DNA of 64,000 nt from an uncultured Muribaculaceae bacterium (GTDB lineage: Bacteria; Bacteroidota; Bacteroidia; Bacteroidales; UBA932), in the NCBI GenBank assembly GCA_964582235.1, contig CAZOQW010000001.1, positions 76,835 through 140,834 on the forward strand, in the 5' to 3' direction. The notes beneath the pieces were generated by a model, which was not told where the DNA came from, did no database searches, and saw only the letters and a list, made by a program, of their open reading frames with translations. A program made the translations under genes and the position numbers. Shown here in pieces: positions 1 to 7,557 of this stretch; the stretch's first letter is position 1; each line of letters begins with the position of its first letter.

Positions 1-631
1 CCCTCTGGGTTCCGAGCTTGTCTGCACTGAGCAGCAGCAAGGTGGGAGGAGTATCAGGTCCTACCCGCCTGTCGAGGGAATAATATTCCACCATATCTTT
101 GCCCGCGCGGGGACCGACAAGGTTCAGCCGGGTTCCTGCATGGGTAACGAATTCATCGAAACTGATGACGGGGTACACGAGGACGGAAAAGTCCGGGCGC
201 GTAAGTTCGTCGACAAAAAGGGTGGATGCCGAAGCCGCAAGATGGCCTCCGGCAGAGAAGCCCATCACGCCTATTTGGGAAATACCCCACTCGCCGGCAT
301 GTGCACGACAATAGCGGAAAGCGTTCTGGACATCGGTAAGGGGAACGGAAGGATGACCGTTGCAATTCTCGGGGAGGTAGATATCCATATAGGCACCGTC
401 CCCGATGTTGGAGATGTTGCCGTTGTCGGGATTGACCACATTGTCTCCGACAAGCCCGTTGGACTCGCCGGGGCCGAGGGTCAGAGCCTTGCCGTTTTCG
501 ACTATGCCCTTGTCCGAGTCCTGACCTTCGGGATAAAGCAGCACCCTGAAAGAAGGCCCGACCAGTTCGTAGGCTGAGGCAGCGAAAAGAGGCAGAACGG
601 ACACTATCAGACCGAGAATGAACTTGCGCAT
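1..631 (-). pseudogene. Secreted alpha/beta hydrolase (esterase-like), open at the window edge, with apparent in-frame internal deletion(s)
   Basis: Manual translation from ATG 631: signal peptide MRKFILGLIVSVLPLFAASA, nucleophile elbow GFSAGGHLAAS, RPDFSVLVYPVIS. IYLPENCNG runs straight into HPSVPLTDVQ without the usual PGGGY...YR segment. Not in the ORF track because it runs off the edge. Confidence 0.7.
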
Positions 632-664
632 GAGGCGATACCTTTTATATGGTAAGCGCTGGAA

Positions 665-835
665 CTACTCTTCGGAGATTGCACCGGTAGGGCAGGCATC
701 TACGCAGGTGCCGCAGCTGATGCAAACTTCAGGGTCAATGGAATACACATCGCCTTCTTGGATTGCTCCCGTAGGGCACTCACCGAGGCATGTTCCGCAT
801 GCTACGCATACATTAGAGTCAATTTTGTAAGCCAT
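665..835 (-). CDS. 2x[4Fe-4S] ferredoxin (56 aa)
   Basis: Manual translation MAYKIDSNVCVACGTCLGECPTGAIQEGDVYSIDPEVCISCGTCVDACPTGAISEE; two CxxCxxCxxxCP motifs; below the ORF-track size cut-off. Confidence 0.95.
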   Translation of the reverse strand: MAYKIDSNVCVACGTCLGECPTGAIQEGDVYSIDPEVCISCGTCVDACPTGAISEE

Positions 836-866
836 TTTGATAAATCATTGAAAGGTTAAACCGCGG

Positions 867-874
867 CAAAAGTA
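867..874 (-). promoter_or_regulatory. Bacteroidetes -7 promoter element (TACTTTTG) for ferredoxin
   Basis: Matches TAnnTTTG on the minus strand about 30 nt upstream of ATG 835. Confidence 0.6.
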
Positions 875-886
875 CATAATTTTTCT

Positions 887-894
887 TAACTTTG
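887..894 (+). promoter_or_regulatory. -7 promoter element (TAACTTTG) for DUF1573-parE-acyltransferase
   Basis: TAnnTTTG just upstream of ATG 901. Confidence 0.6.
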
Positions 895-900
895 CGCGTT

Positions 901-1257
901 ATGCGTTTCATTTTGTCCGTCATACTCGCCATGCTGCTTCAGGCCCCGTTCCAGTTCGACAAGACGGTGCATGACTTCGGCGAGGTCAGTGTGAAGGACG
1001 GTGCGCTCCACTGCACTTTCGTCCTCACCAACACCGGGGACAAGCCGCTGGAAATCCATGCAGTCGTCACTACCTGCGACTGCGCGAGCGCAAAGTGGAC
1101 CAAGGAGAGCATCGCACCAGGAGAAAGCGGAAAGATAGAAATCACTTACGAGAACAACGAGGGCCCCTATCCCTTCGACAAACTGTTCCGGGTATATACC
1201 TCGGCGCAACAGAAACCTGTAGCTCTCCACGTGAAGGGAGTCGTGAAGAAGAAGTAA
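901..1257 (+). CDS. DUF1573-like exported Ig-fold protein
   Basis: HDFGEV, F.LTNTGDKPLEI..V.TTCDC, IAPGESG.I.ITY motifs; ATG 901 preferred over TTG 892. Confidence 0.75.
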   Translation: MRFILSVILAMLLQAPFQFDKTVHDFGEVSVKDGALHCTFVLTNTGDKPLEIHAVVTTCDCASAKWTKESIAPGESGKIEITYENNEGPYPFDKLFRVYTSAQQKPVALHVKGVVKKK

Positions 1258-3161
1258 TGGCAGAGATAAACAATTACACAGACGAGAATATACGCACCCT
1301 GGAAAACGCCGACCACATCCGGCGGCGTCCGGGCATGTACATAGGCCGACTGGGTGACGGTTCCGATTCGGGTGACGGCATCTACGTGATGCTCAAGGAG
1401 ATAGTCGACAATTCCATCGATGAATTCTCCATGGGCTACGGAAAGGAAATCCTGATAGACATAAAGGACAACCGTGACGTTTCGGTAAGGGACTTCGGCC
1501 GCGGCATACCTCTCGACTCGCTGGTCAAGGCCGTCAGCGTGCTCAACACCGGAAGCAAGTTCGACGACAAGGTGTTCAAAAAATCCGTCGGACTGAACGG
1601 CGTGGGTTCCAAGGCGGTAAATGCCCTGTCATCGTATTTCAGGGCCGAATCCTACAGGGACGGAGTGTGCGCATGGGCCGAATTCGAGCGCGGGGAACTG
1701 CGCGACAGCGGCAAGCACGAAACCAGGGAGAAGAACGGGACCATGATACATTTCGTTCCCGACACCCTGATGTTCGGAGACTTCTCGTATATCCACGAAT
1801 ATGTCACTTCCCTCGTAAAGAACTACTCTTTTCTGAAGAAAGGGCTGGCGCTCACCTACAACGGGCAGACATACAAGTCGGAGAACGGTCTGCTGGACCT
1901 CGTGCAGGAGAACATGAGCGCAACCCCGCTCTACCCGCCCATACACCTTGAGGGCGAGGACATAGAAATAGTGCTCACCCACACCAACGCCTATGGCGAA
2001 AACGTGGCCTCATTCGTGAACGGACAGAACACGAGGGACGGAGGCACGCACCTCGCCGCCTACCGCGAGGCCGTGGCAAAGACGCTGAAAGAATTCTTCA
2101 AGAAGAACTATGAGCCTTCCGACTGCCGCCAGGGCATAGTCGGAGCCATAAGCATACAGATTCAGGAGCCGAATTTCGAGGGCCAGACCAAGACCAAGCT
2201 CGGCTCCACCTACATGTGGGAAAAGCAGTATCCCGACGAGGACGGCACCATGAAAGTGGACATAGGCCCGTCGATACGCGCGTTCGTCAACGATTTCATC
2301 TCCAAGAACCTCGACAACTACCTCCGCATGCACATGGAGATAGTGCCGACACTCGAAGAGAAAATCAAGGCTTCACAGCAGGAAAGGCTGGAAATCAGCG
2401 GCATACAGAAAAAGACCCGTGAACGCAACAAGCGCAGCAACGTATTCAACCCCAAACTGCGCGACTGCCGCTACCACTACTGCGACAAGCCCAACGACAA
2501 GACCAGGCAGTTCATCGAGAGTTCGTCCATCTTCATCACCGAGGGCGATTCCGCGAGCGGTACCATAACCACGGCCCGCAACGCCAATTACCAGGCGGTG
2601 TTCTCGCTGAGAGGCAAGCCCATAAACTGCTACAAGGAGAGCCGCAAGCGCGTGGCCGAGAACGACGAGCTTAACCTGCTCATATCCGCACTCGGCGTTG
2701 AGGACGATCTGGACAACCTCCGCTACAACAATATAATAGTGGCGACCGATGCCGATGACGACGGTATGCACATACGCATGCTGGTGCTGACTTTCTTTAT
2801 GAAATACTACCCCGAGCTGATACGTCAGGGACACGTACACATATTGCAGACCCCGCTGTTCAGGGTAAGGAACAAGAAGGTGAACCGCTACTGCTACACT
2901 ATCGAGGAGAAGGACCGCGCGGCAGCCGAGCTGAAGACAGGAGTGGAAATCACTCGATTCAAAGGTCTCGGAGAAATCTCCGCCACCGAGTTTGTACACT
3001 TCATCAACGAGGACATGAGACTTGACCTCGTGAATCTCGCCGACGACGAGGACATTGCCGAACTCATGCAGTTCTACATGGGCGACAACACCCTCGACCG
3101 CCAGAATTTCATACGCAGGAACCTCCGCAGCGAGGAGGAACTTGAAGACATCGACATTTAA
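1257..3161 (+). CDS. parE: DNA topoisomerase IV subunit B
   Basis: IRRRPGMYIG, EIVDNSIDE, TOPRIM ITEGDSA, LRGKP, IATDADDDG, RFKGLGEI; about 635 aa; TAATG coupling with the upstream stop (ORF-track start 1095 is an overcall). Confidence 0.9.
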   Translation: MAEINNYTDENIRTLENADHIRRRPGMYIGRLGDGSDSGDGIYVMLKEIVDNSIDEFSMGYGKEILIDIKDNRDVSVRDFGRGIPLDSLVKAVSVLNTGSKFDDKVFKKSVGLNGVGSKAVNALSSYFRAESYRDGVCAWAEFERGELRDSGKHETREKNGTMIHFVPDTLMFGDFSYIHEYVTSLVKNYSFLKKGLALTYNGQTYKSENGLLDLVQENMSATPLYPPIHLEGEDIEIVLTHTNAYGENVASFVNGQNTRDGGTHLAAYREAVAKTLKEFFKKNYEPSDCRQGIVGAISIQIQEPNFEGQTKTKLGSTYMWEKQYPDEDGTMKVDIGPSIRAFVNDFISKNLDNYLRMHMEIVPTLEEKIKASQQERLEISGIQKKTRERNKRSNVFNPKLRDCRYHYCDKPNDKTRQFIESSSIFITEGDSASGTITTARNANYQAVFSLRGKPINCYKESRKRVAENDELNLLISALGVEDDLDNLRYNNIIVATDADDDGMHIRMLVLTFFMKYYPELIRQGHVHILQTPLFRVRNKKVNRYCYTIEEKDRAAAELKTGVEITRFKGLGEISATEFVHFINEDMRLDLVNLADDEDIAELMQFYMGDNTLDRQNFIRRNLRSEEELEDIDI

Positions 3162-3170
3162 AGGACAATC

Positions 3171-3719
3171 ATGAATTTTTACGGTTTAGTCATGCGCATT
3201 TGGGGCTGGAAAGCCGACAGCGGCCCTGCTCCCGAGGAAAAGTGCATAATTCTGGGCGTTCCACACACCTGCATAGGCGACTTCTTCGTTGCATACTTCT
3301 ATTACAGGAGTCTGGGACACATAGCCCACGTAATGATAAAGAAGGAGTTCTTCATCGGCCCGTTGGGCTGGCTGCTCCGCAAATTCGGCTGCATCCCGGT
3401 GGACCGCACGAACGGCGCGACAGTGGTGCGCAGCGTAATCAGCGAGATGGAGAAATGCAAGGGCGAATTCCACCTCTGCATAGCCCCGGAAGGCACGCGC
3501 AAGGCTGCGCGTCGCTGGAAAATGGGCTATCACACCATTGCCAAGGCCCTCGACTGCCCCGTGTACATGGGTTACTTCGACTGGGGACGCAAGCGCGTGA
3601 GCATAGGCGAGAAGATAGAGCTGACGGATGATCCCCGCGCGGACACCGACCGCATTCAGGCACACTATGAGCAACTGCAGCTTACTGCCAGGCACCCTGA
3701 AAATTATCGCACTCATTAG
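3171..3719 (+). CDS. 1-acyl-sn-glycerol-3-phosphate acyltransferase family
   Basis: PHTCIGD (HxxxxD), KKE, G.IPVDR, IAPEGTR motifs. Confidence 0.8.
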   Translation: MNFYGLVMRIWGWKADSGPAPEEKCIILGVPHTCIGDFFVAYFYYRSLGHIAHVMIKKEFFIGPLGWLLRKFGCIPVDRTNGATVVRSVISEMEKCKGEFHLCIAPEGTRKAARRWKMGYHTIAKALDCPVYMGYFDWGRKRVSIGEKIELTDDPRADTDRIQAHYEQLQLTARHPENYRTH

Positions 3720-3744
3720 CGTTGCACACAATAAAAATTATTTA

Positions 3745-3752
3745 TATCTTTG
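3745..3752 (+). promoter_or_regulatory. -7 promoter element (TATCTTTG) for rpsF-rpsR-rplI
   Basis: Consensus match about 50 nt upstream of the rpsF ATG. Confidence 0.7.
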
Positions 3753-3799
3753 CAGCCCCTTATGAAAAGGGGCTATTTTTTAACTAATTTAATTTTAAA

Positions 3800-4240
3800 A
3801 TGATCAAGCAGTACGAAACCGTTTTCATTGCAACTCCCGTTTTGTCTGAAGCTCAGATGAAGGAAGCGGTTGCCAAGTACACCAAGCTCATCACCGACAA
3901 CGGCGGCGAGATTGTGTACGAAGAAGACTGGGGACTCAAGCAGCTCGCTTACCCCATCCAGCACAAGACCTCAGGGTTCTACTATCTCATCGAGTTCAAG
4001 GCCGACCCCCAGTTCGTCGACATCCTCGAGACCCAGTATCACCGCGACGAGCGCATCCTGCGCTACATCACCGTTGCCATGGACAAGCACGCTGTGGCTT
4101 ACGCTGAGCACCGTCGCCAGAACCGCGCCGCAAAGGCCGCAACTCCCAAGGCTGAAGAGACTCCCGTTATCGTAAAGGAGGAAGTTCCCGCAGCTGTCGA
4201 AGATGTTAACGCAGAGACTGAAACCCAAGAAGAAGCATAA
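3800..4240 (+). CDS. rpsF: 30S ribosomal protein S6
   Basis: [29 protein letters not shown]; canonical order with rpsR-rplI. Confidence 0.97.
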   Translation: MIKQYETVFIATPVLSEAQMKEAVAKYTKLITDNGGEIVYEEDWGLKQLAYPIQHKTSGFYYLIEFKADPQFVDILETQYHRDERILRYITVAMDKHAVAYAEHRRQNRAAKAATPKAEETPVIVKEEVPAAVEDVNAETETQEEA

Positions 4241-4245
4241 TCACC

Positions 4246-4509
4246 ATGGCCAATAACGAAATACGTTATCTGAACCCTCCTACCGTAGAGGTTCGCAAGA
4301 AGAAATATTGCCGCTTCAAGAAAGCCGGCATCAAGTACGTGGACTACAAGGACCCCGAGTTCCTCAAGAAGTTCCTCAACGAGCAGGGAAAGATCCTGCC
4401 CCGCCGCATCACCGGCACCTCACTCAAGTTCCAGCGTAAAGTGGCTCAGGCCGTTAAGCGTGCCCGCTCACTCGCGCTCCTTCCTTACGTAACTGACCTC
4501 CTTAAATAA
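4246..4509 (+). CDS. rpsR: 30S ribosomal protein S18
   Basis: [42 protein letters not shown]. Confidence 0.98.
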   Translation: MANNEIRYLNPPTVEVRKKKYCRFKKAGIKYVDYKDPEFLKKFLNEQGKILPRRITGTSLKFQRKVAQAVKRARSLALLPYVTDLLK

Positions 4510-4522
4510 TAATTGAAGCGTT

Positions 4523-4966
4523 ATGAAAATCATACTTAAGAAAGAAGTTGCCAATCTCGGCGAGGCCGGAGATGTGGTAGAAGTAAAGACCGGTTACGCT
4601 CTCAATTATCTTGTGCCTCAGGGATATGCAACGGTAGGTACTCCTTCCGCCCTCAAGCAGCACGAGGAGACCCTCCGCCAGAGGGCTCACAAGGAAGCCA
4701 AGCTCGTGGCTGATGCCCAGGCTCTCGCAGCCAAGATCGAGGCTGTAGCACTCAGCGTCAGCGCCAAGGTCGGCGAGAACGGCAAGCTCTACGGTGCTGT
4801 TACCTCAGCACAGGTTGCAGAGGCTCTTGCAGCTGCCGGAGTTGAGGTGGAGAAGAAGAACATCAACCTCCCTGACATCAAGGAGCTCGGCGAGTTCGAG
4901 GGAACCGTAAAGTGCTACAAGGGTGTTTTCGCAAACATCAAGGTAACTGTTACGGCTGCCGAGTAA
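4523..4966 (+). CDS. rplI: 50S ribosomal protein L9
   Basis: MKIILK..V.NLG..GDVVEVK.GYA.NYL.PQG, GKLYGAVT. Confidence 0.97.
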   Translation: MKIILKKEVANLGEAGDVVEVKTGYALNYLVPQGYATVGTPSALKQHEETLRQRAHKEAKLVADAQALAAKIEAVALSVSAKVGENGKLYGAVTSAQVAEALAAAGVEVEKKNINLPDIKELGEFEGTVKCYKGVFANIKVTVTAAE

Positions 4967-4984
4967 TTCGTCCGGATATAAGCA

Positions 4985-5020
4985 AAAACAGGGGGCTGGC
5001 TGGCTCCCTGTTTTGTTTTT
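4985..5020 (+). terminator. Intrinsic terminator after rplI
   Basis: 12-bp stem aaaacagggggc/gctccctgtttt followed by a T-run. Confidence 0.75.
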
Positions 5021-5500
5021 ACCCGGCGCTGCGCTTCGCCGCCCGCCTGACGGCGGGCCCTGCTACGCTTTTAACCCCTCAGTCCGCTGCGCGGCCAGCT
5101 CCCCGGGGAGCATGACGGCGTGTCAGAAGTCACGCCTACGGCTTCGCTTGCGCTATCGCACAGGCCATCCGCGGGCGTTTTTCAGTAAGCAGCCTTTCGC
5201 CCCGGCCCCTGCGCTTCGCTACGCCGCCCGCCTGATGGCGGGCCTGCAAGCAGGGAAATACCCCTCAGTCTGCTTGTAGACAGCTCAACAAAGAGCATGA
5301 CGGCGTGTCAAAAGCCACGCCTACGGCTCCGCTTGCGCTATCGCACTGGCCAGCCGCGGGCGTTTTACGATGAGGAAACTTCGTCCCCAGCCACGAGTGC
5401 TTTCCAGTAAGCAGCCTTTGTCCACGGCCCCTGCGCATCGCTACGCCGCCCGCCCGACGGCGGGCCCTGCTTTGCAGGGGAATACCTCGCAGTCTGCAAT
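5021..5500. repeat. Tandem composite palindromic repeat (about 2.4 units of 180-220 bp), REP/BIME-like
   Basis: Motifs gcccgcc-N4-ggcgggc, cccctcagtc(c/t)gc and gagcatgacggcgtgtca..cacgcctacggct..gcttgcgctatcgcac recur in units starting near 5021, 5201 and 5422. Confidence 0.85.
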
Positions 5501-5566
5501 GAATGCTGCATTCCGCAGAAGGTTTTGCGGCAATTATTAGTTAATTTTTGCTAACTTTACGGACTT

Positions 5567-6229
5567 ATGAAAATAGACAAGAACTCATACGGATCTCTCG
5601 CGCTGGTTTACGCAATATGCCTGATTGTGGTCTTGCTGACCATCATCTTCGTCCAGGTAAAGTGGGTTTCATTCTGTGTTATCGCAGCGATGCTTTGGAC
5701 ATGCGCCTGGCAGACCTGCTTTTTCAGGGTCCCCACGCGCAAGCGTTGCGGAGATTCACGCCAGGTGAGTTCAGTCGCCGACGGCAAGGTCATCATAATC
5801 AAGCAAGCCGTAGAAAGCGAATATCTCCAGAAGGAGTGCATACAAGTGTCCGTATACATGAACTTCTTTGACGTACACGCCAATTTCTGGCCGGTGGACG
5901 GACAGGTAAAGCACTACTGCTACTATCCCGGCAAGCATTTCCTCGCATTCAAGCACAAGGCTTCGCTGGAAAACGAGCATACCTGCGTCAGCATAATGAC
6001 CCCAGAAGGTCATGAAGTGGTATTCAAGCAGATAGCAGGCGGCTTTGCCCGGAGAATAGTCAATTACGCCGGAGAAGTGAGCGAAGTCCGCTCCGGAGAG
6101 CAGTGCGGAATCATAAAGTTCGGATCCCGCATAGACATCTTCCTTCCCCTCGACACGGAAATAAAGGTAAAATTAGGCGACGAGGTCCGGGCCTGCGAAA
6201 CTATCCTTGCAGTACTTCCTCCAGTTTAG
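5567..6229 (+). CDS. psd: Phosphatidylserine decarboxylase proenzyme (short type)
   Basis: SVADGKV, SVYMNFFDVHAN..PVDG, KQIAG..ARRIV, GIIKFGSRID self-cleavage motif. Confidence 0.92.
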   Translation: MKIDKNSYGSLALVYAICLIVVLLTIIFVQVKWVSFCVIAAMLWTCAWQTCFFRVPTRKRCGDSRQVSSVADGKVIIIKQAVESEYLQKECIQVSVYMNFFDVHANFWPVDGQVKHYCYYPGKHFLAFKHKASLENEHTCVSIMTPEGHEVVFKQIAGGFARRIVNYAGEVSEVRSGEQCGIIKFGSRIDIFLPLDTEIKVKLGDEVRACETILAVLPPV

Positions 6230-6803
6230 TCCGCAAGTCCCCGACAGAACTGAACACTATCCCCTTTATCCCGAAGGTTTCCGCTGCGGCAATGTTGTCG
6301 GGGTTATCATCGATGAACACGCTTTCTGAAGGATTCAAGGCATACCTGTCAAGCAGGATGCGGTAGATTTCCGGTCTCGGTTTCATGGTATGCTCTTCGC
6401 CCGACACCACTATCCCGTCCATGAGCCTGAATATCGGGTAAGTGTCCCTTATCAGAGGAAAGGTCTCAGCCGACCAGTTCGTAAGTCCATAGATGCCATA
6501 GCCCCTGTCCTTGAGTTCCGCAACCAGTTCCCGCATCCCGGGAAGTTCCCCGTTCATCATTTTTACCCACTCCCCGTAGTACATCCTTATTTCCTTTTTC
6601 CACTCGGGATACAGGGCTATGCGCTCCGCCGTGGCCTCAGCCGTGCTTTTCCCGGCATCCACCGTGGCATTCCATGAATACGGGCAGATCTGCTCAAGAA
6701 AATGGTCAGTCTTGGCAGGGTCGCCGAAATAGGGATCATAAAGGTATCGGGGGTTCCAGTCCACGAGAACTCCGCCAAAATCGAAAATAATGTTTCTTAT
6801 CAT
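6201..6803 (-). CDS. HAD-superfamily phosphatase
   Basis: IIFDFGGVL, LTN, MKP, FIDD motifs. Confidence 0.88.
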   Translation of the reverse strand: MIRNIIFDFGGVLVDWNPRYLYDPYFGDPAKTDHFLEQICPYSWNATVDAGKSTAEATAERIALYPEWKKEIRMYYGEWVKMMNGELPGMRELVAELKDRGYGIYGLTNWSAETFPLIRDTYPIFRLMDGIVVSGEEHTMKPRPEIYRILLDRYALNPSESVFIDDNPDNIAAAETFGIKGIVFSSVGDLRTKLEEVLQG

Positions 6804-7119
6804 TTGTCCACCCTCTTTCTTGTGGTTATTATTATCACACCGTTTGCACCCCTCGCGCCGTAAATTGAAGTGGTGTACGCATCTTTGAGCACTTCCACCG
6901 ACTCCACTTGGTTAGGGCTGAGGTAACTTATATCCGAGACCTCCATGCCATCCACGAGTGTGAGCGGCTCGTTGCTTCCAAGTATGGAACGTTCACCTTG
7001 CCGTATCCGATATTCACGTACTCTTCGTCGTCCGCTCCCCTGCCAGACACGGCTTTTCCGGCCGATCTGCACGAACTCAGCACAGAAAAAAGTGCAAAAA
7101 TCAAGATAAGTTTGTTCAT
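6800..7119 (-). pseudogene. Small lipoprotein with TonB-receptor plug domain, internally deleted and frameshifted
   Basis: 5' part MNKLILIFALFSVLSSC (lipobox)...NIGYGKV in one frame; 3' part GERSILGSNEPLTLVDG...VESVEVLKDA..SIYGARGANGVIIITT in another; switch at ggtgaa (6992-6997). Confidence 0.75.
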
Positions 7120-7155
7120 GATGACGTGGTTTTTTCAAAACTAAGAAATTTTCCC

Positions 7156-7163
7156 TATATTTG
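7156..7163 (+). promoter_or_regulatory. -7 promoter element (TATATTTG) for tRNA-Cys
   Basis: Consensus match 13 nt upstream of the tRNA. Confidence 0.7.
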
Positions 7164-7176
7164 CAATCCCAATGAC

Positions 7177-7247
7177 GGTGCGTTGGCCGAGTGGTTAGGC
7201 ACAGGTCTGCAAAACCTGGTACACCGGTTCGATTCCTGTACGCACCT
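7177..7247 (+). tRNA. tRNA-Cys(GCA)
   Basis: Acceptor ggtgcgt/acgcacc, anticodon arm caggt-ctGCAaa-acctg, TTCGA loop, U discriminator. Confidence 0.95.
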
Positions 7248-7251
7248 CCTC

Positions 7252-7283
7252 AGACGGTTGAACATGAGTTCAGCCGTCTTTTT
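7252..7283 (+). terminator. Terminator hairpin after tRNA-Cys
   Basis: agacggttgaa-N6-ttcagccgtct followed by a T-run. Confidence 0.75.
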
Positions 7284-7303
7284 ATTTATATGTGCCGCCT
7301 TGA

Positions 7304-7405
7304 GCCGTAGTGCTCCCTGGGGAGCTGGCTGCGACAGCAGACTGAGGGGTATTTCCCTGCGAAGCAGGCTCGCCGTCAGGCGGGCGGCGTAGCAGACTGA
7401 GGGGT
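7304..7405 (-). repeat. Inverted partial copy of the 5021-5500 repeat family
   Basis: Reverse complement contains ctacgccgcccgcctgacggcgagcctgc..agggaaatacccctcagtctgc..ccagctcccc.gggagca; gcagactgaggggt occurs twice. Confidence 0.8.
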
Positions 7406-7407
7406 AA

Positions 7408-7437
7408 AAAAATTGGGAGCCGGAGCTCCCAATTTTT
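7408..7437. terminator. Bidirectional terminator hairpin
   Basis: 13-bp perfect stem aaaaattgggagc-cgga-gctcccaattttt. Confidence 0.8.
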
Positions 7438-7440
7438 GCG

Positions 7441-7551
7441 TCAAGCCGACAGCACTCCTGCAAGGGCAGCCGCCAAGAGCAGGGCTATGAGACTCCTAAT
7501 CCAGCGGAGAGTGTTCCCGCGTATGCTGTATGTATGAGATGACTTGCCCAT
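7441..7551 (-). other. 36-aa ORF resembling an isolated signal peptide (small membrane peptide or gene remnant)
   Basis: MGKSSHTYSIRGNTLRWIRSLIALLLAAALAGVLSA*; starts 6 nt after the transporter stop and ends at the terminator. Confidence 0.45.
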
Positions 7552-7557
7552 AATATT

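Noticed and set aside
140-577. 145-aa plus-strand ORF
   Set aside because: Antisense shadow of the hydrolase at 1-631.
1095-1256. N-terminal extension of ParE in the ORF track
   Set aside because: Overlaps the DUF1573 gene; the TAATG junction at 1255-1259 gives the natural start.
5021-5500. Possible CRISPR array; also ORFs 4912-5115 and 5013-5279
   Set aside because: Units are long, degenerate and have no unique equal-length spacers; no cas genes; the ORFs are translations of repeat DNA.
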